Origin: a virus
UHGV virus genome: UHGV-0015805
DNA: 64,000 bases
Strand: one strand, 5' to 3'
How positions within the stretch are numbered: the stretch's first letter is position 1; the number at the start of each line of letters is the position of its first letter. The notes under the pieces are model-generated. The model did no database searches. It was not told where the DNA came from and saw only the letters and a program-made list of their open reading frames with translations. Made by a program: the position numbers and the translations under genes. Shown in pieces: positions 19,885 through 29,286 of this stretch.

Positions 19885-21377
19885 TGTAACAAGTGAGCGT
19901 GAAGCAGATGCCGCAGAACGAGTAATTTCGGTAATGCCAGTTAATACATAATTTATTTGCCAGAGGACGCCAACCCTCTAAGCGATTCTTGAAAAAATAT
20001 TTTATAAGAATTGTCCTTATCAAATAAATAATAAGGTATTCTTATCAAAGGAATGTTGTTTTCTTTGCAATAAGCATCTTTTATCTTATCATGCCTTTTA
20101 GTGCTTTCAAAAGTTTTTTGAGCGCGCTCAAATGATATGCGATTAAAACAACACGGTTTATAGTGACCTTGTCCGTCTATTTCCACAAGAATGCCACCAT
20201 CTACGATGTAGAAATCAAACGGTAACGGCAGTATATCCCTGCATTGATTTAATGAATATTGCCGCACATATTTAATATTAAGTTCTTGTAGAAGCTTTTC
20301 AAACATGTCCTCAAACCGCGACATGCTCTTAGCGCAAACAGAACACCTCGTTTTCCCATTTTGAAACGCCGCTATTGATGTATCAAATCGGTTGCCACAT
20401 TCGCAAATAAACGAAAGGGATGTCAATCTTCCACCTTGATACTCTTTGTCGTTGCAAAATCCAATACACTCTACGTTTGCGCCATGTGTACTTGCCCACC
20501 AATTCACATTGTAAATATAGTTCTTTCTATTTATCCGAACATCAAAACGAGACATTCCTTTGCCAGAATTTATTGCAGCTGCAGAAATAAATCCTCTATA
20601 TCCTTCGGCGTCCTCGACCTCTACCCTTTGAGCATACTTTAAATCTCTCGTATCTTCATCAGATATTATCTTATAGCCGTGTGCGGATATCATCTCTCCG
20701 TATATTCTTTTTTGTCTTTTTGACGCCCGAACTTTTGTTGCGCATGACACGCAAACGAAACGATTTCTACAAGATATCTCGTATACTTTTTTACGAAATA
20801 CATTTCCACAACCGCAACGAAGTTCAATTATGGCGCACCCGTTTCGACCAGTTGACCACGAGACAAACTCAGTGGTCGGCGCACATTTTGACAAAAGAAC
20901 ACGCATATTATGCTCGATGTTTGCGTAATTATATTTACCCCATATTGTTGGCGACTTACCAGCCTTTAAGTTGGAATAAGACGCATAACACCATATTCCG
21001 TCCTTTCTTTCGCAAAGCACATATTCGTTTGCATTGACATAATCACCAATTATTTTAAGTCCATGAGAGTTAAACAATTTTATAACTTCAGAATATTCTA
21101 ATTTTTTCAAGAATCCTCCCTCTTTCAATGGAGATTAGACCATATCTTTTTTACCTATGTTTCCCCGCGCTTGCGGGTATGCCTACTGAATTAGTAGGGC
21201 TTACTGGTCGTTGAACAGTTATCAATTACCTATTGATAACTTGCTGCGGATTATCCAATCTCTATATTTGTTACTATACAGCAGTCATTACTTGCTCCAC
21301 CGCATTATTACTAATACGGTTTAGTATATAGAGCTCTAAGGAACTTCCCGTCAATTTATAGGTTTTTAATTGACCTA
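19885..21377 (-). mobile_element. group I intron (TMP intron 2) carrying a HEG in its 3' part
   Basis: On the minus-strand RNA: P-like AAUUGACGGGAAG (plus 21344-21356), Q AAUCCGCAGC (21243-21252), R GUUCAACGACCAG (21199-21211), S AAGAUAUGGUCU (21137-21148). P7 is GACCA/UGGUC, co-varied relative to GACUA/UAGUC in the other introns. Confidence 0.55.
19953..21128 (-). CDS. intron-encoded PD-(D/E)xK (DUF559/Vsr-like) homing endonuclease with Cys-rich repeats
   Basis: C-terminus ILPLPFDFYIVDGGILVEIDGQGHY...KRHDKIKDAYCKENNIPLIRIPY. Repeated CxCGN / CxxC motifs. UUG start. Confidence 0.55.
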   Translation of the reverse strand: MKEGGFLKKLEYSEVIKLFNSHGLKIIGDYVNANEYVLCERKDGIWCYASYSNLKAGKSPTIWGKYNYANIEHNMRVLLSKCAPTTEFVSWSTGRNGCAIIELRCGCGNVFRKKVYEISCRNRFVCVSCATKVRASKRQKRIYGEMISAHGYKIISDEDTRDLKYAQRVEVEDAEGYRGFISAAAINSGKGMSRFDVRINRKNYIYNVNWWASTHGANVECIGFCNDKEYQGGRLTSLSFICECGNRFDTSIAAFQNGKTRCSVCAKSMSRFEDMFEKLLQELNIKYVRQYSLNQCRDILPLPFDFYIVDGGILVEIDGQGHYKPCCFNRISFERAQKTFESTKRHDKIKDAYCKENNIPLIRIPYYLFDKDNSYKIFFQESLRGLASSGK

Positions 21378-21695
21378 TTAACCTAAGCCAATGCTCTCTT
21401 CCATCGTATTTCCGCCAACAGACATTGCGGCAGACATATTTCCGAGGTTTCGAGCTAAATCTGCTGAAGAAACCGCCATATGGTTGCTGACATTATTGAC
21501 GCTATCAATGATATGAGAAGATTCATCAGCAGCAATATTAAATGCCTTCATCTGGGCAATGATAAACTCAGATGCTTCACCCGCCGAAAGTTGCTCATCG
21601 GCGATATTTTGGTACATAGCGGCAACTTTTGCTAATTCCGCAGCATCGGTTTCATTGAACCCGGCTTTCGCAAATTCGGTTGCGCTTTCCACCAT
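21378..21695 (-). CDS. tail tape measure protein, exon 2 (approximate boundaries)
   Basis: ...AELAKVAAMYQNIADEQLSAGEASEFIIAQMKAF... is TP901-type TMP N-terminal region-like. Flanked by intron core elements on both sides. Confidence 0.5.
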   Translation of the reverse strand: MVESATEFAKAGFNETDAAELAKVAAMYQNIADEQLSAGEASEFIIAQMKAFNIAADESSHIIDSVNNVSNHMAVSSADLARNLGNMSAAMSVGGNTMEESIGLG

Positions 21696-22252
21696 TTGGG
21701 ACTTTTATTCAATCTTTCTTGGAGTAATCAATAAATCCCCAATCGTTATGCTCTTTTTCTTCTCTTCTGTACCGCTCGGACACCCGCCTATCTTCTTCTT
21801 CCCATTTTCTGTATTGTTCGGGATTATTCTTCTTGGCAGCATCCTTATCAAAAGGAATTCCAAAAACAACATGCCTGAAGAAGCAAGCAACGCCATAGCA
21901 GACACAATAAAGCATCATCAAAGGAACCGCAATTAACAACATAATCAAGCCCACCTTTCTTTGTTGATGCCATTATAACACATAACTTTTAGATTGTCAA
22001 TACCTTTTTCGAAATATTCTGGACTATTTCTTCACCCTATTTAATTTGGAGGGGTCGAACTTATAAAGTCTCTTGACACATCCCTGTTCGGGACTTCGCG
22101 CCCAATCTACCATTGTTTGTCCCGAACAATATACAATATTCGTGACAAATTGCACTTAGGTCTTTCGACCATATGCTATCCCGCTTATTTTTAACAGTTT
22201 CCCACATTCACACTTGGGCTTATTTCATCCCTATGTTGTAGTTAAACAGGCT
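21696..22252 (-). mobile_element. group I intron (TMP intron 1), no HEG
   Basis: P AAUAAGCGGGAUAG (plus 22176-22189), Q AAGUCCCGAAC (22086-22096), R-like GUCAAGAGACUUUAUAAG (22060-22080), S AAGAAAUAGUCC (22021-32). Its 5' block (22208-22241) is near-identical to 40687-40720 of the TerL intron. Confidence 0.45.
21709..21954 (-). CDS. small intron-embedded ORF (single TM, charged C-terminus)
   Basis: 81 aa, MGLIMLLIAVPLMMLYCVCYGVACFF... Occupies the position where the other introns carry a HEG. Confidence 0.25.
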   Translation of the reverse strand: MGLIMLLIAVPLMMLYCVCYGVACFFRHVVFGIPFDKDAAKKNNPEQYRKWEEEDRRVSERYRREEKEHNDWGFIDYSKKD

Positions 22253-22720
22253 TTAGGTTTTACTGGGTTTTGAACAATTCTCTGTGCTGGTTTGCCATCC
22301 CATCACACGGGCTCCCGTCCATAGTTTACCCGTCTTCGCAACTTCTGCTCCCATGTCGGTTAGCTTGCTCACATATTCGTCCATTGATTCGCCGGACAAA
22401 TCTGTGACCTTTGCTAATTCGACCTGCGCGGCATTCATGGTGTAGACTTCAGAGACCATAGACTTAATAATATCTATGCTCTTCTCCATAATCATGTTCG
22501 CCGCTTGATATGTTAATTCAAAATTCTTCGCGCTGGACGAGGCTTCGTTCATGTTCTTCGACAGATTGCTTATTCCGTCAGATGCTTCCTTAGCCCCTTT
22601 TGCTTTGATATTGATATTGACATTTTTTGCCGCGTCATTCAATTTCTTTTGAATTTCGCTTGTACTTGTCTTTATCTCAATACCTACGCCAATATTCCAG
22701 CTCGTGTTTTTATTCGCCAT
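22253..22720 (-). CDS. tail tape measure protein, exon 1 (3' end approximate)
   Basis: N-terminal TMP-like sequence ...AAQVELAKVTDLSGESMDEYVSKLTDMGAEVAKTGK. The terminal residues with the stop fall inside the intron's conserved 5' block. Confidence 0.5.
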   Translation of the reverse strand: MANKNTSWNIGVGIEIKTSTSEIQKKLNDAAKNVNINIKAKGAKEASDGISNLSKNMNEASSSAKNFELTYQAANMIMEKSIDIIKSMVSEVYTMNAAQVELAKVTDLSGESMDEYVSKLTDMGAEVAKTGKLWTGARVMGWQTSTENCSKPSKT

Positions 22721-22734
22721 AATTCACCATCCTT

Positions 22735-23232
22735 TTATTTATGAATTTGGCTCCAACCCAAAAGAATGGCATCGCTTATATCATCATCGTTCTTACTGCT
22801 TGACGGAGACACCCAATTCAAGTCCAGTCCGAACAATTCGTTGGCTTTCTCCACGGACTTCCTTTTAAGAACATCTCGCTTCGTGCCATCTCTTGTGCCG
22901 TCAAAAATTCCTATATCGCTACGCCATTTCTGAGGAAGTACAAATTGAATCGGTACATGATGAGATGCGGCTATCCCAAGAACATATCCTTGAACAGCCC
23001 CAAGAATCATCAACACTTTAACATTTGCCGCCTTCAACGGCACTTCCTCTACGATTAACCTATCGGGTCGATAGGTCTTAATCAATTCAGACAATGGCGC
23101 ACCTTCATGTGTCAGCCTTTCTCGCCAACTATCTCCCTCGGGCTTAATACAGCCATAATGAATGAGCTTATCTTCATTGAAAACCGCATATCCCGTGCAA
23201 GATGTGCTGCAATCCAGTGATAATGTGATCAT
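22735..23232 (-). CDS. RuvC-like Holliday junction resolvase
   Basis: MITLSLDCSTSCTGYAVF (RuvC motif I-like) and DISDAILLGW (C-terminal acidic motif). Confidence 0.55.
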   Translation of the reverse strand: MITLSLDCSTSCTGYAVFNEDKLIHYGCIKPEGDSWRERLTHEGAPLSELIKTYRPDRLIVEEVPLKAANVKVLMILGAVQGYVLGIAASHHVPIQFVLPQKWRSDIGIFDGTRDGTKRDVLKRKSVEKANELFGLDLNWVSPSSSKNDDDISDAILLGWSQIHK

Positions 23233-23741
23233 ACTTCATAGTGAGATTGCTCGGGGTATTTGCCCGTGAATTTATAGGCAAGCCCCGCCTGTCTCATTCC
23301 TTCCTCAACCCATTGTTTTAAGCGCCGCTTGCTTACATATTTGTCAAGCATGCCCCATGCATTTCTGCGCTTAGTCCAAAATCCGCGACCAAATATTCTG
23401 CCCGCCTTGCCTTCAAAGATAATGTCAGCAAGCGCATAGGCAATATCTGTACCGTCTATGGCAGATGTATGTTGCCCACGGTCTCTTGTCCTAATTTTGC
23501 TTGAATCATAAAAATGCGTGCTATATAATGCGTCGGACTCAAATTTTTCTTCCGTTGACCATGCGTCAAGGAATTCAAATGTCCGCTCGTATACATCGGG
23601 GTGTCCCTTAGAATACACAGAGAAGCTTATCGCGTTCTTGTTATAGTCCGCAATTTTTTCTATTACATATTCAAGCACAGGCTTCAAGCGCTCTTTCATC
23701 TCGGCGCGTAATGCACCAAATGTGTTTACGGTTTGGCTCAA
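23229..23741 (-). CDS. hypothetical protein
   Basis: 170-aa ORF. Confidence 0.4.
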   Translation of the reverse strand: MSQTVNTFGALRAEMKERLKPVLEYVIEKIADYNKNAISFSVYSKGHPDVYERTFEFLDAWSTEEKFESDALYSTHFYDSSKIRTRDRGQHTSAIDGTDIAYALADIIFEGKAGRIFGRGFWTKRRNAWGMLDKYVSKRRLKQWVEEGMRQAGLAYKFTGKYPEQSHYEV

Positions 23742-24100
23742 CCCTTTTTGCCCTTCTTTGTGCTATTATTAGGAGATTTCAGAGCCTTCTGCAATTTCGG
23801 CAGAAATTCGGTAGACAACTGCATAATTGCCCGTGCAGTCGATTCGGTGTATTGCAATGCCTGACGAATCTGGTAATAATTCTTTACCTGTCCGCGCACA
23901 TCATCAATCACGCCATCAATCAACAGCCGCTCATGCCCGACCTCAGCAATCTTATCTTGCCCAATATCGGTGCAATAGCAAAGCATAAGCATATCAATAA
24001 TCTGTTGTCTATCGCTCCACACATTGCTTTTAACAACTTGGTCTACAATGTTCTGAATCTCCGCATATGTCAAATATTCTTTCGTAATATTATATTCCAT
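23738..24100 (-). CDS. hypothetical protein (tail chaperone position)
   Basis: 120-aa ORF. Confidence 0.4.
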   Translation of the reverse strand: MEYNITKEYLTYAEIQNIVDQVVKSNVWSDRQQIIDMLMLCYCTDIGQDKIAEVGHERLLIDGVIDDVRGQVKNYYQIRQALQYTESTARAIMQLSTEFLPKLQKALKSPNNSTKKGKKG

Positions 24101-24122
24101 TTATTCCGTGCTCCTGTTTAAT

Positions 24123-24488
24123 TCATCTAACTAAGGCGGTAATAATCGCTCCTGTTGCAGCTACAAGTGACGCAATCTGAATCCAATGCTCTTTTATCCA
24201 CAACACCGCGTCGAGCTTGCCTTTATCATCAACACGCCTAATAGCTTTTGTCAATGTATCAACATCGCCCTTAATGTCGCTGATTTGTTGTCCTTGTGTT
24301 GCCAAAGAGTCGCTGATTTTTGTCATTGTAATCTGCAAAGAAGATACCGCCTTATTCAAGTCGTCGCAGACCTGAATATTTTTATCAAGTAACTGCCCCA
24401 AATACGGTTGTGCCGTTTCAAGAGCCGTGACCCGATTTTCTACTTTTCCGAGCCGCCGTTCCAAATCTTCCATGTTGGCAACCGTCAC
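24123..24488 (-). CDS. coiled-coil protein with C-terminal TM segment (XhlA-like architecture?)
   Basis: N-terminus LERRLGKVENRVTALE is coiled coil. C-terminus IQIASLVAATGAIITALV is hydrophobic. Confidence 0.3.
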   Translation of the reverse strand: MTVANMEDLERRLGKVENRVTALETAQPYLGQLLDKNIQVCDDLNKAVSSLQITMTKISDSLATQGQQISDIKGDVDTLTKAIRRVDDKGKLDAVLWIKEHWIQIASLVAATGAIITALVR

Positions 24489-24784
24489 TTTCCTATTTTG
24501 TATTCCCCACCACTTGTTTTTCTGAGCTTTACATATGGCGGAATTTTATCTAATGTATTTTTAACCTTAATAACAGTGTCCGCGTCAAGATAAACATACA
24601 AATAGCCCTTACGCTCATACGCCACTTTATTGTAGCCAATTGGCGCAGCTGCGCTCATCTTAACCTTACAATCTTTGGGCATTGATTTCATGGGCTTATA
24701 ATCCTGTATTTTATCACAAAAATAAACAAATGGGCATTTGTCATTTCGGGCTAAACACATATCTTTTTTATTAAATTCGCACAT
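24485..24784 (-). CDS. hypothetical protein (start uncertain: M1, M9 or M32)
   Basis: The ORF's 5' end overlaps the MTP terminator. An internal ATG at 24689-91 is the more plausible start. Confidence 0.35.
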   Translation of the reverse strand: MCEFNKKDMCLARNDKCPFVYFCDKIQDYKPMKSMPKDCKVKMSAAAPIGYNKVAYERKGYLYVYLDADTVIKVKNTLDKIPPYVKLRKTSGGEYKIGK

Positions 24785-24830
24785 AATTAAAAAATAGGGA
24801 GGAATTATTTATAATAACCCCTCCCTTATT
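24783..24830 (-). terminator. intrinsic terminator after the major tail protein gene
   Basis: AGGGAGGgguuauuauaaauaauuCCUCCCU followed by AUUUUUUAAUU on the minus strand. Confidence 0.55.
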
Positions 24831-24834
24831 TTAT

Positions 24835-25893
24835 TTACTGCTCAACAGTAATATGCACAAATGCGGGGTCAACTTCCGTGCCAGTAAGCTTAACACTGAC
24901 AACTGCATCGCCCGCAGTTGCTTTAGCGGTGATAACGCCAGTGTTTGCCCCAACAGTAACAGCAGAGCCAGAATCGACCGTAAAGGTCAGGTCTGCGTTA
25001 TTCAGTTTCTTAGATGCGGTCATGCCACCAAACACGCCATAAACATCAATGGTCGTGCTCGTGCTGACTTTCATGGTAACATCAGACGGAACGGGCGCAA
25101 GTGCGCGAACATTCGCTTTCCAGTCTGCGCCGAAGATTTCCTCAGTCATAGTGCCATAGTACGGATCCTCTTCGCAGCTGTCGCCCTCGTCAACTGCAAG
25201 TGCAGAGCCAGACAGGGAAATATTACCCACAGAAGAAGACGTGAGAGAAATCTCGTTCGAGCCATCCAACTGGAAGCTCGGAATGTCAACAATCAGTCTG
25301 CCATATTTTGTGGCGGAACCAACGTCAGCAGTCTCGCCGCTAAACAGGTCGTTCAGAAGCACAATGTGCACAACCTTCGGCACATACTGTGTCTTGATTT
25401 TAAGAGAACGCGCGTTTGCATTCTGATAGAAATACTTAACACAATACTTGTCGCCAGCTTGCGCGCCACCAATGGTCAGAGTGCTACCTGTAACAGTACC
25501 AATGGTCCAGTTGGCATCAGCAGGCTTTTTATACCATGCGATAACAGAGCCGTCAAAAGCAACGGGCGCATTTGCAAGAGTAATCGTTCCGCCTGCAGCA
25601 ACAGTTTCGCCAGTAGCAGCAGACTCATAAAGAGTAATGCCGCCTTGGTTGATATCAACACCGAGGTTAAGCGCCATGTATTCAAGCGAGAACATAGCGT
25701 CAGTAATCGTCAGATTCAGAGCGCTGTCATGGAAGTATTTGCCCCAAAGCCCATTGGCAGCTCCTGCTCTAACTTCCTCATTCTCAATGGCGAAATTGAA
25801 TGTGCTTTCGGTAAGCGTCTTGCATACTGCAATCAGCTCATTGTTTGCAAACAGCAATGCTCTTGCAACCCCAGCAAGAAATTTCTTAGCCAT
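24835..25893 (-). CDS. major tail protein with C-terminal Ig-like (Big_2-like) domain
   Basis: 352 aa. C-terminus TFTVDSGSAVTVGANTGVITAKATAGDAVVSVKLTG is Ig-like. Followed by a strong terminator. Position upstream of chaperone-like ORFs and the tape measure. Confidence 0.5.
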   Translation of the reverse strand: MAKKFLAGVARALLFANNELIAVCKTLTESTFNFAIENEEVRAGAANGLWGKYFHDSALNLTITDAMFSLEYMALNLGVDINQGGITLYESAATGETVAAGGTITLANAPVAFDGSVIAWYKKPADANWTIGTVTGSTLTIGGAQAGDKYCVKYFYQNANARSLKIKTQYVPKVVHIVLLNDLFSGETADVGSATKYGRLIVDIPSFQLDGSNEISLTSSSVGNISLSGSALAVDEGDSCEEDPYYGTMTEEIFGADWKANVRALAPVPSDVTMKVSTSTTIDVYGVFGGMTASKKLNNADLTFTVDSGSAVTVGANTGVITAKATAGDAVVSVKLTGTEVDPAFVHITVEQ

Positions 25894-26738
25894 TATATTC
25901 CTCCTATATTATTTTTATTTAGGAAATTGTCAAATTTGCTTTGCATCTCATTCCCATAAGACGCATCGTTTGTAACAGCCCGAATTGCCGAACTGCCACC
26001 CATAGACCGTGTGTAAGCATCCACATCGGTAATATATGAATCAAATGCCCCGCGCTTCTTCCGATAGACCCAGTGGTCAATATCTCCACCACCAAAAGCC
26101 GCTATGGAGGTCGTTGCGATATATTGCACTTCACCGACAACTTCGGCAAAAACCAGCGAGAATTCCCGCATAGTCATTTCTTTTATGTCGGCGCGTTTAA
26201 TCCCTGTGTGTGATGTTAGAATCGCCATCTTGCGCTCAGTGTTCGGAATTTCAAGATTTTTATTCCTTAATTCGTCAGTCTCGCGCATAGCCTTCTTAAA
26301 ATCTGGGTCAATGTATCTATCGTCATAATCAACGAAGTTTTGATATAAAATTATTTTTGAAATGTCGTCAAACTGTTGGCAACTGATAGTTATGTCAAGA
26401 TCACTATCGCGTATTGCGGGCTTGCCCCTTTTATCCAATATAATCTGCGGATTTTTTATCCCTAAACAAATCGCACAAATTGTCCCCAAATTAAGGGGAT
26501 AGACATTCGATTGTGGGAATAAAACATCTGTCAAAAATTTCAAATAAGGCATCTGAATTATCTCAACAGACGGGCTTGAGTTCTTATCAATCATGAGAAT
26601 TTGCGCGCAAGTTGTAAATAATTCACTGTGCTTCATCTTGACTGGCGTAATAAGAACTTCTTTGCCATCGCCCAAATCATACGGAACAGGCTCATCAAAT
26701 TGAAAGTATTGTTCCCGCAATATTTCGCGGTCAATCAT
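25893..26738 (-). CDS. hypothetical structural protein
   Basis: 281-aa ORF. Confidence 0.4.
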   Translation of the reverse strand: MIDREILREQYFQFDEPVPYDLGDGKEVLITPVKMKHSELFTTCAQILMIDKNSSPSVEIIQMPYLKFLTDVLFPQSNVYPLNLGTICAICLGIKNPQIILDKRGKPAIRDSDLDITISCQQFDDISKIILYQNFVDYDDRYIDPDFKKAMRETDELRNKNLEIPNTERKMAILTSHTGIKRADIKEMTMREFSLVFAEVVGEVQYIATTSIAAFGGGDIDHWVYRKKRGAFDSYITDVDAYTRSMGGSSAIRAVTNDASYGNEMQSKFDNFLNKNNIGGI

Positions 26739-27309
26739 CGCAGCCCTCGTCTATGCCTGTATCGCCCATATTCGTTGCCAAATACAGTACATAGCCAGTG
26801 AATGTCTTTTGATTTCCGACCACAGACTTTGCCCCGCAATAGCGAGATAAATCATCGTCAAGCATAAGTTTGCCAACCCCGCCAATTGTCACGCCATTAA
26901 GTACGGACAAGATGGAATTGATAAAAACATCACCCCTTGCAACAGGAATGCCGTTATATTCGACCAACGACATTTGCCCGCCATAAAGGAAATCAAAGGC
27001 ATAAATAACAGAGGATACATACGCCCCCTCGGGCTGAACCATATAGTCATACAGTTTGAACACACATTTTGATTGAGGTAATGCGTCCTCAATCAAATTT
27101 GTTAGAAAAATGCTATACTTTTCTTGCGGACCACTTCGCCAAAGCATGTCAAGCTTTTCACTTGTTGTTAAATTTGGCTTGTTCAGCGCATCATAATCGT
27201 TGTATTTTAGCATCTTCCACAAATTTTCGGCTTCGACCGATTTATCTGTTGCAAGATAATTGATAATGTTGTATAATGAAGGCGGCAATGCAGCCAAGCT
27301 ATTAAACAT
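26731..27309 (-). CDS. hypothetical structural protein
   Basis: 192-aa ORF. Confidence 0.4.
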   Translation of the reverse strand: MFNSLAALPPSLYNIINYLATDKSVEAENLWKMLKYNDYDALNKPNLTTSEKLDMLWRSGPQEKYSIFLTNLIEDALPQSKCVFKLYDYMVQPEGAYVSSVIYAFDFLYGGQMSLVEYNGIPVARGDVFINSILSVLNGVTIGGVGKLMLDDDLSRYCGAKSVVGNQKTFTGYVLYLATNMGDTGIDEGCDD

Positions 27310-27321
27310 CTAACCCCCTCC

Positions 27322-28599
27322 TTATCCAAACATTCCTACGGTCTTAACGGCAAAAACTTTCTCGGCGGAAATGTCCGTTCCTGTAATTTTTGCCGATACG
27401 GTCATTTCGATAGGTTGCTTTGCAATCTTCTTGCATATCATAAGATATTTTAAATCGTCGATTTTATCAATCGCAACAAATTCTCTGTCCGCATCAGCAA
27501 TTGCAACAACCACATCTTCTAAGTCCGTTCTTGTCACGCCAGCATATTCAACAGCAATGTTAAACGAAATATTATCATTCTGCCGAATCTTTTCAAACAG
27601 CGGGTTTGTAACAATGTTTGCCGATTGTTTTTCAATATCGGCTATCATCACAGTGATAGATGCCGACACATTTTCATTGCCACTGAGCTGCGCCGTAATA
27701 GTGGCAGAGTCGCCCACTGCGCCAACGGCAGCATATTGCCCGTTCTCGTCAATTGTAACAACGCTTGTGTTGCTGGACGACCATTTGATGTTGCGCTCAA
27801 CTTCTTCTCCATTCAGCACGACTGTCGCGGTCAATTTTGCGCCTGCACCAGTCACGACCGAAATATCATCAGAATTGATAGAAATACTGTAATCAAACTT
27901 ACCATTGTCTGCAATCTGCGTGTCAATGTTATCTCCATCATGCAACTCATCGAGATAAAGGTCTAAATAAAGCAGCGAAGGAATACCCTCATCTGCATTA
28001 TTCAGTGCATTTTGATACGCATTAAGCTTAAATACACGAGCACCGATAATATATCTTGTATTCAGCCTTAACAGCCGCCAAGTTTCTTCAGAGCCCTGCA
28101 CCATAACAGTTAAGTGATTGTTCGGCGTAATAACATATCTGCCGACCTGATTCATTGGAGAGCCAGCATCATATTCAACAATACAAGGCATGCTAACCAC
28201 AGCGCCGTTCAGCGGGTCAATAATTCTCAACGCATTATTGCATCTGCGAATATTCACCGCTTTGGGCAAGCCGCCAAATGGGTTAGAGCTTGTAGCAAGC
28301 CAAGTGTTGCCGTCAAATTTATATTGCAATCCGCGTGGTACTCTGTGATAAATATCCTTAAAAATGAGCTTCAAGAAATCACGAGCGTCTCTTGCACCAC
28401 TCGTTACATCGTCAACCGTAGTGTCAATCCACGCCTCAATAGGATAAAAATCTTCCGAGCCAATGTCCCACTGTTCAAGCAACGCTCCGCCATTTGCGGG
28501 CGATAAAGCAGATGTATTGTCCCACTGGTCGTCAATAAAAGCCTGCATTAAGTCCCTATATTGATTGTTCGGTGTGGCTGTGTAATACTGCAATGCCAT
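27322..28599 (-). CDS. structural protein with Big_2 (bacterial Ig-like) domain
   Basis: VVTGAGAKLTATVVLNGEEVERNIKWSSSNTSVVTIDENGQYAAVGAVGDSATITAQL is a Big_2 signature. Confidence 0.45.
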   Translation of the reverse strand: MALQYYTATPNNQYRDLMQAFIDDQWDNTSALSPANGGALLEQWDIGSEDFYPIEAWIDTTVDDVTSGARDARDFLKLIFKDIYHRVPRGLQYKFDGNTWLATSSNPFGGLPKAVNIRRCNNALRIIDPLNGAVVSMPCIVEYDAGSPMNQVGRYVITPNNHLTVMVQGSEETWRLLRLNTRYIIGARVFKLNAYQNALNNADEGIPSLLYLDLYLDELHDGDNIDTQIADNGKFDYSISINSDDISVVTGAGAKLTATVVLNGEEVERNIKWSSSNTSVVTIDENGQYAAVGAVGDSATITAQLSGNENVSASITVMIADIEKQSANIVTNPLFEKIRQNDNISFNIAVEYAGVTRTDLEDVVVAIADADREFVAIDKIDDLKYLMICKKIAKQPIEMTVSAKITGTDISAEKVFAVKTVGMFG

Positions 28600-28602
28600 G
28601 TA

Positions 28603-28845
28603 TTACACCTCCCTATCACCAATCAAATGAAAAACTACTGCCCTCACAGTATCGTGCGAAACATCGTGCCCCATCTCATGTAACCCACGAACGGTCGCAT
28701 AAGACTCTAAATCACCTTGCCCGCGCAACTTTACGCACAAGCGAGACAAATACTTCAAATATGCCACAAATTTTTCATCTGTGTCAGCATCTTCAAACAG
28801 CCCCAAAATTTTATAGAAAGCGTCTGCTCTTTTATCTTTGCTCAT
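28603..28845 (-). CDS. hypothetical protein
   Basis: 80-aa ORF. Confidence 0.4.
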   Translation of the reverse strand: MSKDKRADAFYKILGLFEDADTDEKFVAYLKYLSRLCVKLRGQGDLESYATVRGLHEMGHDVSHDTVRAVVFHLIGDREV

Positions 28846-28854
28846 AACGCCTCC

Positions 28855-29286
28855 TCATAAATCTATGCTGTCTAAATTTGCCGCAAGATATGCATTTATC
28901 TGTCTTGCATTTTCTTCGCGCAGTTTGTCGATAACATTCTGTTTTTCTTTGAAATTTTGGGCTTCACTGTTAAATACAAATGATGAATTACTCTTTAATT
29001 TCAAAGCAATCTGCGCAGCATTGTTGTTTTCTCTCTGCCACCAAGTAATGACAAAGAAATTGGCAAGAATAGAAACTTCCTGCTCATTCAGGTCTGCAAT
29101 AAACGTCCGAGCTTCCTCGTCGTATTGCAAAGACTTTAAGCATTCATAGAACTGCGGGACCGCAACCATAAGCAATCCGTCGCAATATTTTTCAAACCCG
29201 TCAATGCTTGAATCAAAGAGCTTTTTTAGCTTATAATCTTCAATGACTGCAAGCGCACGGGTCTCAATCGTGTCAAATGAGGTCAA
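28855..29286 (-). CDS. hypothetical protein (head-tail connector region)
   Basis: 143-aa ORF. Confidence 0.4.
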   Translation of the reverse strand: MTSFDTIETRALAVIEDYKLKKLFDSSIDGFEKYCDGLLMVAVPQFYECLKSLQYDEEARTFIADLNEQEVSILANFFVITWWQRENNNAAQIALKLKSNSSFVFNSEAQNFKEKQNVIDKLREENARQINAYLAANLDSIDL

